Part shown: piece after piece, positions 11,046-23,892 of the stretch
Numbering within the stretch: position 1 is the first letter of the stretch
How the letters are laid out: each line of letters begins with the position of its first letter
Assembly: GCA_951406725.2 (NCBI GenBank)
Contig: OX597830.1
Coordinates: forward strand, 34,472,001 to 34,536,000
Length of the DNA stretch: 64,000 bases
Reading direction: 5' to 3'
From: Octopus vulgaris
Taxonomy: Eukaryota
Position numbers and translations under genes: made by a program
Notes under the pieces: generated by a model
Databases searched by the model: none
What the model saw: the letters and a program-made list of their open reading frames with translations, nothing else
What the model was told of the DNA's origin: nothing

Positions 11046-11612
11046 ATATGTATTATATTGTAGATAAAACACACACACACATACACACATAAATATGTAA
11101 ATGTATATATATACAAATAAAACAAAAAGTATAATAGTCTGTGTATATAAGTACACACACAACAGGTATCCGTATGAAATTAAAAAAAAAAAACATACAT
11201 TATAAACACACAATTACATCAAGAGGAACAATGGAAATAACAGTATGAAAGTACAAATCAGACAGCAATATGAGGAAACTAAAGCAACAAAAACAAGAAA
11301 AATTGAATATTAGAAGAACAAAAATAACAACAACAACAACAACAGCAGCAGCAGCAGCAGCAACAACAACAACAGTTGTATCTTCAGAAACAAAAACAAT
11401 TCCAATTGTAAGTGTTAATAATACGAATGATAATAATGAGGAGAGCAAGTACAAACAAAACAATCTGTTTGGAAGAAATAGTTCGCAACAATTAAAAATA
11501 CATGAAGATGATATAAAGAGAAGACATTTGAATTAAAAGGAAATACAGATGTATATCCTTTTTTGTGCACTGTGTATATGTGTTTGTGTGTGTAAGTGTG
11601 TGTGTGTGTAGT

Positions 11613-11663
<51 letters not shown>

Positions 11664-11664
<1 letters not shown>

Positions 11665-11860
11665 CCGGAGTAAACACATAAATGTGAAACAAGGTGGAAG
11701 AAAGAGTACTCAAATACCAGTGGTATAGTAATATGCTTTATTTAAAGCAACAGAAAATTCAACAAAACCTGTTACTCTGAGTTTCCCATTGCCATTCATG
11801 AATGGCAATGGGTAACTCAGAGTAACAGGTTTTGTTGAATTTTCTGCTGCTTTAAATAAA

Positions 11861-11866
<6 letters not shown>
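11664..11866. mobile_element. Asymmetric near-perfect palindrome (68 bp arms, 11731-11866), pLTR-like, in (TA)n
   Basis: Centre ttca|tgaa at 11798/11799. The left arm read on the minus strand gives GAAACUCAGAGUAacagg (hammerhead 3' half). A related copy lies at 62198. Confidence 0.8.
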
Positions 11867-11941
<75 letters not shown>

Positions 11942-11975
11942 TATATATATCTATACAATATGTTACATTACTCGG

Positions 11976-12049
11976 TAGTCAAGATAAAACTCTGAGTTTC
12001 AGATGCCGAAGTGGAAATCCACAACACCATCTCTTCGGTTATCTGGCTA
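11976..12049 (-). ncRNA. Hammerhead ribozyme motif in the Naiad 3' pLTR (C4 core variant)
   Basis: Minus strand: uagccagauaa-CCGAAGA-gaug..cauc-u-GAA-ACUCaGAGU-U-uuaucuugacua. Confidence 0.7.
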
Positions 12050-12239
12050 TTTGAAAACGTTATGAAAAAATACCGTTAAAAATGAAGGGAAATTACTCTG
12101 TTATAACTCTGCTTTGCCTGCGTACTTATACATCGCTCGCATTTTTCGTCATAAAAATTATATAAAAATACATAAAAAATATATAAAAATATATAAAAAT
12201 ATATAAAATCTTCTTGGGACATAACACAGAAAGCATGTT

Positions 12240-14030
12240 CTATCCGTTTTCTTTAGGGGACCAAAAACGTAACAGAAATTTAGTCACATGTGGGCATGAT
12301 CCGAAAAGTTCTGTCCTTGTATTTAGACATGTGGTAGGGTCTAAGCTGCTTTTCCAGATAAGCCATCTCTCCATGTCGCATAAACCGCACCTTCCGCTGC
12401 CGTTAGTATAGGGCTTACATCTGGCCAAAATCTTCCATTGTATGTTATAATCGACACCTTTATCTCTTAAAGACCAAATATGATTGGATAATTGTGTCGC
12501 TTTTCTTTTGTTCCAGTGCCTAAAGCTCAAAGTGTGGTTATTGAACCTGGTCTTGAAATTACCCTCTGTCAGGCCCACGTATTTCTTCGTCAAAACGGTG
12601 TCTTTAGTGGTTATAGAGTTTACGGTAGCCTCATATATGATGGTCTTGGACATGCAAGCTCCATTTAGCGGGCACAATTCTTTATTCCTGCATGAACAGC
12701 TGTTTTCTTCTTGTGTTTTTTGTATGTTATGATTGATTATGTTTTTAAAATTGGTAGTTGAACTAAAACTAATTTTTAAATTGTGTCTATTGAAGAGTTT
12801 CCTATAAGCATGGTTAACTGGAAAATGTCTATCTATCAGTGCTAGGAAATATTTACCTATATTGAAGGCCACCTCGGGTGAGTAAGGGGGCGTAAACCAG
12901 ATGACCTTCCTATTTCTATTATTCCTTTTCCTTATTGTTGGGCTGGTGATAGGTGTATATTTTATTTTTTCGCTAAAACCACTATCTTTTAAAGCTTTAT
13001 TATAAACTGGGGCAACGCTATTGAAGATGTCCTCATTAGATGAGAGGCTAGAAATCCTCTTACTAATATTTTTAACTAAATTTTTGAATACTATAGGGGG
13101 ATGGCATGAACCTACATTAATATAACTTAGTCTATCATTGGGCTTCCTATAAGGCTTATAAATATTATTATTAAGATCTAAGGAAACGTCTAAGAAATTG
13201 ACAACCGTCAGGTTAGTGTCTATAGTTATACTAAGTCCGAAGTGTTTCATTAACTGGATAATATCCTTCCTAAAACGATCTTGTGCTGGTCCATTTGTAT
13301 TAGCTGTTAAGGCGAGGGCATCATCTTTGTAGATGGCGAAATGTACGTTAGGGAATGTCTTACTGAAGGTATCTAGGAGAAAGAGTCCAATTAGATCACA
13401 GATGCCTGCCCCATCATATGAACCCATGCTCACATCGAAAGCGCCCTCCGTGTCGGTGTTTTTTACCCACTTTGCATTCTCACTGAAAAGTAATGTCTTT
13501 CTAGCATGGAAGATTATATCCTTATCATTGGTACTAATTTCTATGAAGTCACTAGCGAAGATTAGGGCTTTATCTAGCAGTTCTTTAGAGATAGAGGCAT
13601 AAAAATCAACAATATCGAATTGTGTAAACCTCGCTTTTTTCTTATTCTTAATAGCTTTAAACCAGTCTACGACTTCTATACTATTGGACCATTGCACTAG
13701 CCTAGTATCGCTCTTAATTTTCGTATTTATTTTATCTAAAATTTCTTTGCTAATAATCCCTAGTTCTGACTTGGCTGGGTTGATAAGCCTACATTTAGGA
13801 TTGGAAAGGAAGTTTTCTTTGTGGTCTTTAATAGTAATAAAGGCCTCTTTTTGGGGGAGGGTTTCTATTTTTTTATCTAATTTAAGTTTAGCGGCGATGA
13901 CGCTAGCTTCTTTATTAATTTCGTTATATGTCTGTGCCCTAGCTTTAGTATAATTATTAATGATGCTGTTGTGTAAGAGTTGTGTGTATTTGCTGTTATC
14001 TACCAGGTATAAGTTCTTGGTTTTATCCGA
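12240..14030 (-). CDS. PLE reverse transcriptase + GIY-YIG endonuclease (Naiad-like); frame open upstream of the called start, frameshift at ~14030-14045
   Basis: By manual translation upstream: [17 protein letters not shown] and [12 protein letters not shown]. Within the called ORF: FDIVDFY, MGSYDGA, YKDD, FLDV, CSCR..CPL.G.C, IIYEA..YVGLTE..FK.R..NH, CGLC..E and CPH. Confidence 0.9.
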   Translation of the reverse strand, partial: SDKTKNLYLVDNSKYTQLLHNSIINNYTKARAQTYNEINKEASVIAAKLKLDKKIETLPQKEAFITIKDHKENFLSNPKCRLINPAKSELGIISKEILDKINTKIKSDTRLVQWSNSIEVVDWFKAIKNKKKARFTQFDIVDFYASISKELLDKALIFASDFIEISTNDKDIIFHARKTLLFSENAKWVKNTDTEGAFDVSMGSYDGAGICDLIGLFLLDTFSKTFPNVHFAIYKDDALALTANTNGPAQDRFRKDIIQLMKHFGLSITIDTNLTVVNFLDVSLDLNNNIYKPYRKPNDRLSYINVGSCHPPIVFKNLVKNISKRISSLSSNEDIFNSVAPVYNKALKDSGFSEKIKYTPITSPTIRKRNNRNRKVIWFTPPYSPEVAFNIGKYFLALIDRHFPVNHAYRKLFNRHNLKISFSSTTNFKNIINHNIQKTQEENSCSCRNKELCPLNGACMSKTIIYEATVNSITTKDTVLTKKYVGLTEGNFKTRFNNHTLSFRHWNKRKATQLSNHIWSLRDKGVDYNIQWKILARCKPYTNGSGRCGLCDMERWLIWKSSLDPTTCLNTRTELFGSCPHVTKFLLRFWSPKENG

Positions 14031-14208
14031 AAAAGTGCTTTTTTCTTGGAGCTTTTTATATGATCAATATCTTTCTTCAATTTATGTTGGAAATTGTTAA
14101 AAGACTTACGAAACTTTATTTTGCTCATGATCTTCAGCAGGTCCGCTTGGAAGATTTCACTGCCCCCAGAAACCCTTTCTTTCTTTTGTTATCTTACCGT
14201 TTTATCAA

Positions 14209-14346
<138 letters not shown>

Positions 14347-14522
14347 TTTTTACAGTTTGATTTATATATATATGTGGGGGGGGGAGAATGAGGGAGGGCC
14401 TGCATATAGAATCGTACGTATCTATGCACACACACACACACACACAAACACACACGCACACACTCAGAGTATATATTATGTTTTTATGTACACACGGCTA
14501 GATAGATAAATAGACAGATAGG

Positions 14523-14614
<92 letters not shown>

Positions 14615-14896
14615 CAGAAACATGCATACATACATACATGCATACCTGCACACATAGACAGACAGACAGACAGACAGCCAACCAGCCAGCTAGCCAGCCA
14701 GACAGACAGATAGATAGATTGATAGATAGATAGATAGATAGATGTAACATATATATGTTATATTTTGGCATTAGGAACTTGTAGAAACCATCTCAAAGTG
14801 AACCATGTGATTGACCAGATCCAGTATAATTATCGCAATCCATGCCAGCATAAAAAATGCAAACTAAATGATGAAGATGTTGATGGTATATATATA

Positions 14897-15424
14897 TAGT
14901 AGAAGATACTTGCCCAAGGTGCCATGCAATGGGACTGAACCCAGAGCCAAATTTGTTGCCAAACAGCCACTCCTGTACCTATATAGGCACAGGAGTGGCT
15001 GTGTGGCAACAAATTTGCTTCCTAACCACATGGCTCTGGGTTCAGTCACACTGCATGACACCTTGGGCAAGTATCTTCCACTATAGTCTTAGGTCAATCA
15101 AAGCCTTGTGAGTGGATTTGAAATTGAAAGAAGACTGTCGTATACATACATACATACATACATATATATGTGTGTGGTGTGTGTGTGTGTGTGTGTCTGT
15201 GTTTGCACCCCCTCCTCACTACTTGACCACCAGTGTTGGTGTTTTTACATTCCCATAACTTAGCAATTGGGCAAAAGAGACCAATAGAATAAGTACTAGG
15301 CTTAAAAGATATGAGTATGTATATATATATACACACACACGTCTCTTTGTATGCATGTATGTATATATGTATGCATGTATGTATATATGTATACATGTAT
15401 GTATGTATGTATATATATATATAT

Positions 15425-15456
<32 letters not shown>

Positions 15457-15865
15457 ATGTATGCATGTATGTATGCATGTATTCTCTTTTACTCGTTTAC
15501 TTGTTTCAGTCATTTGACTGGCCATGCTGGAGCACCGCCTTTAGTCGAGCAAATTGACTCCAGAACTTCTTCTTTGTAAGCCTAGTACTTATTCTATTGG
15601 TCTCTTTTTGCTGAACCACTAAGTTACAGGGATGTAAATACACCAGCATCGGTTGTCAAGCGATGTTGGAGTGGGGGGACAAACACAGACACACATATAT
15701 ATACATATGTATACATACGACAAGCTTCTTTCAATTTTCATCTACCCAATCCACTAACAAAACTGTGGTCGGCCCGAGGCTATAGTAGAAGACACTTGCT
15801 CAAGGTGCCACACAGTGGGACTGAACCCGGGACCATGTGGTTGGTAAGCAAGCTACTTAACACAC
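14897..15865. mobile_element. SINE B cluster: minus head fragment 14897-14982, plus copy 14984-15308, minus copy 15483-15865
   Basis: Direct matches to SINE B in alternating orientation. Confidence 0.8.
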
Positions 15866-16364
15866 AGGTATGTATGCTTGTATGTATATATGTATGTATG
15901 CCTATATGTATGCATATATGCATGTATGTATGTATATATATATATGTATGTATACATGTATATATGTATGTATGTATATGTATATGCATACAGTAAGGGT
16001 GAAAGCCTACTGCCAATTTGTGGCAATGATAGCATGTATCTCAAGGAGGTCGATAACTTCAAGTAATTCAGCTCTATATTGCTGACAGTTTGATAGACGC
16101 CCTTCACATGAAGTACATGACTGGAATGCCGGTAACAAATTTCAAAACATCTGACAATTAAGTATCTCAAAGTCAACAAGAATGGCTTTAAATAAGGCCA
16201 AAGTAGAAATCCTTCACAAAATATGTATTTTGAAGAAGGAACTTTGATGGTCTGGAAGGTATGTGCACCAAACCTCTGTAAAGAAATCTATATCATTAAC
16301 CAAAATAAATTTCAAATACATTAGCAAAAACCAGTCCATAATCATACACATATATATATATATA

Positions 16365-17158
16365 CAAGGTACGATGGGTAAATTGTTGCCATTTTATATT
16401 TTTGATTTAAGGCATGCACATTGTTTTTAATTTTGTCAACTACACAGTATAGTAGGGTCACTTTGGCACCATCTGTGAGTAAAACATCATCATGACGCAA
16501 TACACTCTATTAAAAAAGTTTGAAATGACATGCTGTACTGCTTGGCATTCCCACTGAAAGCTCTAATATGAACATTTCAGAGTATTTGGGTGTCAATCTG
16601 CGGACATTGCAATCTGAGGATATGTACAAAGAGTGATAAAAATCAAGCATCCAGTCAACATCGTGGATTTTGAAGTGATCACAACTTTATGCCTCCATTT
16701 ATCTTCCCACACCGCTTTACACTCAACACAGAGGCCTAAGACCTATGTCTGGCAACTGGACTTTACACCATGCTACACAAGCAGGAGAACCCAGTCATGG
16801 TTATCAAACAATTTCTGCAACCACATCATCCCTAACATCTGGCCACCTAACTCCTCAGACTGCAACCCCTTGATCATTTTGTGTTGGGCCAGTTGAGGGA
16901 GAGACCAACAAAATTCCTTGTAACACCAAAGATGAACTGAAGGCAAGGATTATGGTAGCATTCACCAACTTAAATGAGGAGACCGTCCAGAAGAGTTGCA
17001 GGAGATTCCAAAGCCAATGGCGACTTTATTGATTAAATTTACTCTTTAGTATTTCAAGATACTTTCATGTAATTTGGTAAATATATCAGTTAAAATGAGA
17101 TGTCAGTGTTATTTTCATTTTCGTGTAATTTAGACAACAGTTTATTCACTGCACCCTG
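16365..17158 (+). mobile_element. Internally deleted Tc1/mariner-superfamily DNA transposon (DD37D, maT-like)
   Basis: Imperfect TIRs caaggtacgatgggtaaattgttg / caacagtttattcactgcaccctg with TA on both sides. Remnant YVWQLD-37 aa-WPPNSSDCNPL(D after a 1-nt frameshift), then ETNKIPCNTKDELKARI. Confidence 0.8.
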
Positions 17159-17821
17159 TACATATAAACAAACATTTGTTAAATGTACAAAATAGAAAGC
17201 CAGCTCTGACTACAGGAGACATACGAACAAACATAGAAACAAGCACACACAAACAAATCTTTATAATACAAAAATCTCTTGCTCTAAGCAAACAAAATTC
17301 ATTAATTGGTTGTTTAACAGAACAGGGTTTATTGAGATAATCTCAATAAATCTTATTATTCTCCTCATCCCATGAATATCAAAACAAATTTCAAGCAAAT
17401 TACCAAAAGCTACTCAAATATGAAAGCGTACTTGTAATTTTAAAAACTCTAGCATAAATAGGTAAGTTCCTAATTAGTTTTACAATTGAATTGCCTTAAA
17501 GACAGTCTTTAAAAATTCCCTAATTGTAATAAAACATGGTACTCACCAACAGAACTGGTCTACCATAATAACAATATTTTCAAACATAATATAAATCTAA
17601 TCTAGCAGTGGTCTGCCTTTGGGTAGGTCCTTTGCATGGAAACCTTCTCCAGTATTCTCTATTCAACTTGAGAGTACCTGTCCCCTACCCGAACACTGTT
17701 AATTAGGTTGCTGGAACTTTGGGATGTTTTCGGTTTGAACGGCAGTTTTTTCTAGCAGTATCATATGAAATTGTCACCCATAATTATGACCCTAGTATTG
17801 ATCTATTGCATTTCAATCTAT

Positions 17822-17862
17822 TTTAGGGTTAGGGTTCGAGTTAGGGTTGGTTAGGGTTAGGG
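17822..17862 (+). repeat. Short degenerate interstitial TTAGGG array
   Basis: ttagggttagggttcgagttagggttggttagggttagggg. Confidence 0.8.
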
Positions 17863-18089
17863 GTGGGGGAAGGGCATCTTTTTTTTTCAGAAATGTAAAT
17901 AAACCCGATCTGTTTCTTATACGAGAGACATTTTCATACGGCACAGAATGTTTTCACCTCAATAGATGTCATTGATTGGTTGAAATTACAGAAATTGAAG
18001 AAAAAATAAACAAATATCTTATAAACCATAGAATTTTCTCAATAAAGCCAAGAGAAAAAAATCTTTTATAATCTTTTATATACAAGGTA

Positions 18090-18825
18090 AGTTATGGATG
18101 CATAAGAGATGCAGTGGAATTGTGGGTCGGTTATCAGGTAAGGTCACTTTCATGTGTGGCAGATGCGCAGGAAAAATAAATAGTAACTGCAAGAGGGACT
18201 TAAACTCTCTCAAATGCTCAGGAGGTTCTCTTGAGGTGGTAGATAGTTTCTGCTATTTAGGGGACCAAATTAGTAATGGTGGTAGATGCTTTGAAAGTAT
18301 GTTTCCTACAATAAGGATAGGATGGAGGAAGTTCAGAGAACTACTATCTCTGTTGGCAGTAAAAGGACACTCTCTCAGAGTGAAAGGTAGATTGTATGAT
18401 GTTTGTGTGGGGGCTGCTGTGTTACATGGTAGTGAGACATGGGCTCTGACTGCAGAGGGCATACCTAGACTGGAGAGGAATGAAGGTAGTAGGCTCTGTT
18501 GGACTTGCAACATCAGTGTGCATGACTGATAAAGCACAACTGTGTTGAGAGAAAAATTAGGCACAAGAGGGATTAAATGTGGCATGCAGGAGAGGAGAAT
18601 GCTTTGGCTTGGACATGTGATGCTTATGAGAGAAGACAGTTGTATACAGAAGTGCCTGTTACTGAAAGTGGATGGTACCTGTGAAAGACGGAGACTCAGG
18701 AAGACATGGGATGAAGTGGTGAGGACCGATCTTAAGATGTTGGGGCTCATGGAGGAAATGACAGTGGACCGAGATGTTTGGCATTATGAGGTTCTAAAGA
18801 AAACACACCCAAGAAACTGAGCACT
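18090..18825 (+). mobile_element. RTE-clade LINE 3' fragment (degenerate RT C-terminus)
   Basis: HKRCSG..FMCGRC, LEVVDSFCYLGD, SLRVKGRLY..VLHGSETWAL, RMLWLGHV, RKTWDEVV..DL, DRDVW. One in-frame stop at ~18527. Confidence 0.88.
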
Positions 18826-19422
18826 AGAAAAGCTGTGTCCACTCGCATGTAATAACACACTATTCACACACTCTACCCTAAGAAACTGAACTACAACTCA
18901 CCTTCTAAACTGCATGTTACTCTTCCTCACATTTCCTTTTCATAAACTATGACTGTTTTCCAATCCCTTTTCTTGCCCTCACTGCCCCCAGAAACCCTTC
19001 TTAATTTCTCTTCATTCCAATTCCATATAGCTGAGGATGGAAGTACACTTCTTCACCAATAAAACTTTAAGCAAAGCAGAGCTAAGTTAATCTTTTATTA
19101 AATTTTTACAACTCCATAAATATGTTGATAGCTTTTTCATTTCTTCACCTGCCTACCTACCTACCAGTCTACATACCTATCTACCAATCTACCTACATAT
19201 ATACATATATGTATCTATATGTATGAGAGTGCATGTGTGTGTGTATGAGTACGTGGGTGTATATGTGGCTGTACATGTGTGTATGTTTATATTTTTATAA
19301 TCTCACCAAGAAGTTATAAAAATAAACCATCACTATAATGAGACACAACAAACAAACTCCCTGCCCACACTGTTACACATACATGCAAAGAGATATAGAT
19401 ATTCAATTACACACACACACAT

Positions 19423-19481
<59 letters not shown>

Positions 19482-20136
19482 TATAAAATCACTCAGACAC
19501 ACATATACCTACAAGCAAACATGAATAATTGACATAAAACAAAAAATAACACACAAACATACATTAAAAAAATCAAACCATAAATATATATAATTGTAAT
19601 AATAACAGTAATGATAATGTTTTTCATACATGTACCTTTCAGTGACTATCTTAAAACTTTTTTCCTTTCTCATATTCTATTTGTTTTGCTTTTCAACTAT
19701 TTCAATATTCACATCCTACCCCCATACATCCACCTTCCTAACTAGTTTAATATTTTTTTTTTTTTTTGTTGTCTGGGGAGAGTCATTGTCTTTTAGTGCC
19801 TTATTATTTAACACACCGCTTAAGTTTCCACTCATTTACTTATTTATAAATTTACCAAAATTTTTGTGGCATCTTGCAACCTTTTCAATAGTCGTTGATT
19901 CTCCAAAGACGAAATTACTTTTTTTAAAATTCCATTATCTTTATCATAAATCTATGTGATTGGGGATTTGCCATTGGTCAATGACACATTGTGATGTCAT
20001 TGTTGATAGCAGTCAAATCTTTGTTGCATTTGCTTGTCACCCAGTAAACTTGCCTCATTTGGGGCTCAGGTAATTAAAATGTAGGAAGACTCCCTGCTGC
20101 CCTTTCAGGAAAAATATCAGCCAATTGAAAATACAT

Positions 20137-20296
20137 CTGTGGTTGTGTGGTAAGAATCTTGCTTCCCAACTGCATGGCTCCAGGTTCAGTCTTACTGTGT
20201 GGCACCTTGGGGAAGTATCTTCTACTACAGCCTCAGGCCAACCAAAGCCTAATCAGTGGTAGATGGAAACTGAAAGAAGCCCGTCAAATATATATA

Positions 20297-20384
<88 letters not shown>

Positions 20385-20575
20385 CATGCACAGGCATGGC
20401 TGTGTGGTAAGAAGCTTGTTGCTCAACCACATGGTGCTGTGTTCAGTACCACTGTGTGGCACTTTGTGCAAGTGTCTTCTACTAAAGCCACGGGCTGACC
20501 AAAGCTTTGTGAGTGGATTTGGTTGAAAGAAACTAGAAGAAGCTTGTTATATATATATATATATATATATGTGTA

Positions 20576-20616
<41 letters not shown>

Positions 20617-20812
20617 TTATGTCTGTGTTTGTAACCCGATTACAGCTTGACAACTGGTGTTGGTGGGTTTATGTCCCCATAACTTAGCGTTTCAGCAAAA
20701 AGGAGTGATAGTATAAGTACTAAGCTTAAAAAATAAGTTTGACTAAAACCCTTCAAGGTGGTGCTCCAGCATGGCCACAGTCAAATGACTGAAACAAGCA
20801 AAATAGAATTAA
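20137..20812 (+). mobile_element. Tandem SINE B copies (head 20137-20286; near full length 20388-20812)
   Basis: Match to SINE B. Confidence 0.8.
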
Positions 20813-21579
20813 AGAATCCTTAGCAGAGATGAAAATTATTTTCATCTTTTTGTTTTCGTTTTGTGATGCAACGTTTGAGAAGAAAGAGCAGTTTCCCTAA
20901 TCCCACTTTTTCTTCTTTCTGAGGGCTCAAAAGTTGGTGAGAAGAAGAGTGAGGTCACCATCTCACCCCCAGAGGCCTGGCTCAAACATTTCCTCTGTGT
21001 GAGTTGTTTGAATTCATATTGTGTGAATTCTACTACACACAACTGATGTCCAAATGGAAGATTTAAATTAAATGATGGACTTTGTCTGTCCCCTAAAATT
21101 TCAGAACATGAAGACCTGGAACAATTCTCACAAGGCATTACATTCAAAGCTCTATTGATTTTTCAGTACCCTTCTGGGTTTCTTTAATTTCTCGATTCCT
21201 CAGAAAGGATGAAAGATGAAATGTTGATCTCAACTGCATTTGATCTCGGAGTACAGAGTGCAGTATGAAATACCACAAAGTAATTTATACTGTACCTTAA
21301 TAACACTGCTAGTTCTCCACCTGTACTTAAGCAGCAATATATCTAGAGGCTTTCCAAAAGGGAAAGCCTCTAGAGTTAATTTCCAAAAATCAAACGATAA
21401 TATTCAATAAAAACATGCAGTGACATGTGAATTCTTGTTGCTGCCTTAGCACTAGTCAACCTTAACTAAACAGACTTGTTAATAACACTAAACACATTAT
21501 CTCAACACTATATGACAATATCAGAAAATAATAAAACCACCACAGATCTCCTATAATGGTGAGGCAACTAGTAAATTCT

Positions 21580-21790
21580 TTTCAACTCTTGACACAAGGC
21601 CCGGAATTAGTGGGGAGGGGGCCAGTCGATTAGATTGACCCCAGTACACAACTGGTACTTAATTTATCGACCATGAAAGGATGAAAAGCAAAGTCAACCT
21701 TGGCAGAATTTAAACTCAGAACGTAAAGACAGACAAAATACTGCTAAGCATTTCGCCTGGCATACTAATGTTTCTATCAACTCGATGCAA
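21580..21790 (-). mobile_element. SINE family A
   Basis: Reverse complement of the 381-1053 unit. Confidence 0.8.
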
Positions 21791-22528
21791 CTAGGGAATT
21801 GCTACAAGGACACTTGATCTGCAAGAAATGCCAACCAAATTGCAACCAAATCATTCTCTTTCACCATAAAAAACATTTGAATGAGGTCGTTGTCACTGCC
21901 GCTGGACTGGTTCCTGTGCAGGTGGCACATAAAAGATACCATTTGAGCATGGCTGTTTTAGCTCTAGGAAGAATGCCAGAGAGATGGACAACCTAGTACT
22001 TAAGTTTCGATCTTTTCAGAATACTTTTGATACCATAAAGCTCATTGGTCCTTGTCAGCTAGGTCCACCGAGGAGACTAAATTTAAAATATCTGCTACAT
22101 CAATGCCTGTATACTCGGCCAATGGCCCCAGCCATAACCAGAACCAAAATCAGGGAAAAAGTTTTATATATATATATATATATATATGTGAACATATATA
22201 TCTCTGTGTGTTTAGAAAAAAGTAAGTAATAGATTTGCTTTGTTTGATCAGACCCATCAAGGCAGTGCTCCAGCATGACTACAGTCTAATGATTGAAACT
22301 AGGGAAAGGATAGAATATAAGGTTAAACAACAGAAGCAACAAACAAGATGCCAACACACCAAATTATACATGGCAGAATTAAACTAAACTCTACATCCCA
22401 CTCTGACAGAGAAACAATCAGTCTGTCAAAAGGGCAGACAGACAGACAGGCAGACAGTTAAACAGACAAACTGGCAGTTAGACAGACAGACCAGCATGCT
22501 TAAAACCACACACACACACACACATATA

Positions 22529-22901
22529 GACGCAGGAGTGGCTGTGTGGTAAGTAACTTGCTTCCCAACCAGATGGTTCTGGGTTCAGTCCCACTGTATG
22601 GCACCTTGAGCAAGTGTCTTCTAATATAGCCTCGGGCTGACCAATGCCTTATGAGTGGATTTGGTAGATGGAAACTAAAAGGACCCCATTGTATACTCTC
22701 TTTTACTTGTTTCAGTCATATGACAGCAGCCATGCTGGAGCACCACCTTTAGTCAAGCAATTTGACCTCAGGACTTATTCTTTGTAAGCCTAGTACTTAT
22801 TCTATCGGCCTCTTTTGCCAAACTACTAAGTTACAGGGACGTAAACACACCAGCATCGATTATCAAGCGATGTTGGTGGGACAAACACACACACAAACAC
22901 A

Positions 22902-22971
<70 letters not shown>

Positions 22972-23360
22972 TACGATGAACTTCTTTCAGTTACCGTCTA
23001 CCAAATCCATTCACAAGGCTTTGGTTGGCCTGAGGCCATAGTAGAAGATACTTGCCCAAGGCGCCAGAACCAGGTGGTTGGTAAGCAAGCTACTTACCAC
23101 ACAGCCACTCCTGCGCCTATATATATATATATTTATTTATATATGTGTATATATGTTTGTGTGTCTGTGTTTGTCCTCCCACCATTGCTTGACAACTGAT
23201 GCTGGTATGTTTACATCCCCGTAACTTAGCCGTTCGGCAAAGGGACCGATAGAATAAGTACCAGGCTTACAAAGAATAATTCCTAGGGTCTATTTGTTCG
23301 ACTGAAGGAAGGTGCTCCAGCATGGCCACAGTCAAATGACTGAAGCAAATAAATAAAAAA
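22529..23360. mobile_element. Nested SINE B: minus copy (22695-23118) inside the microsatellite of a plus copy
   Basis: Plus head 22529-22693 resumes as plus tail 23119-23360 around a nearly complete inverted copy. Confidence 0.85.
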
Positions 23361-23505
23361 AATAATAATATTTATATACACTGCTTGCAGACCAATCAGT
23401 AAGTAACAGTTTGGTGATTTGGTATATTCATCTTAGGCTTACGACCTCTTCTTCTTACCTACCTACTTATCAACCGGCAAACAACACCAGCCCAGGCTGA
23501 AGCAT

Positions 23506-23538
<33 letters not shown>

Positions 23539-23739
23539 GTAGACCGACTGACAGGCAGACGGACAGGAAGGCAGACAGAGAGACAGAGACAGAGACAGAG
23601 GCAGACATTGAATAGACAAAGTAGCTGCAGATATTTAACCATGTGACTCATTTCCGATATTGGACTGGTCTACAGATTTTTCTTCTCTGGAAACATTCTC
23701 CAAGCCCCTTACATCTCACCACCCACCCTCCCTCACCCA

Positions 23740-23782
<43 letters not shown>

Positions 23783-23892
23783 TGCAAACACATACATACA
23801 CTGTCCTCTTTCTTTTCATTCCCTTCTTATTAATGCACCCCCTCCCTTCTTCATCACTTTCTTTTTCTGTCCACTGCTCCCCCTTTGTATAT

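Noticed and set aside
11270-11536. 88 aa ORF with poly-T/poly-A runs as a possible terminal exon
   Set aside because: A-rich low complexity, an upstream in-frame stop, and no recognisable domain or clear acceptor.
12240-13697. Selenoprotein-type Naiad (in-frame TGA at Cys positions), known for some members of this clade
   Set aside because: The frame has no internal TGA and the conserved Cys positions are ordinary Cys codons. I saw no convincing SECIS by eye.
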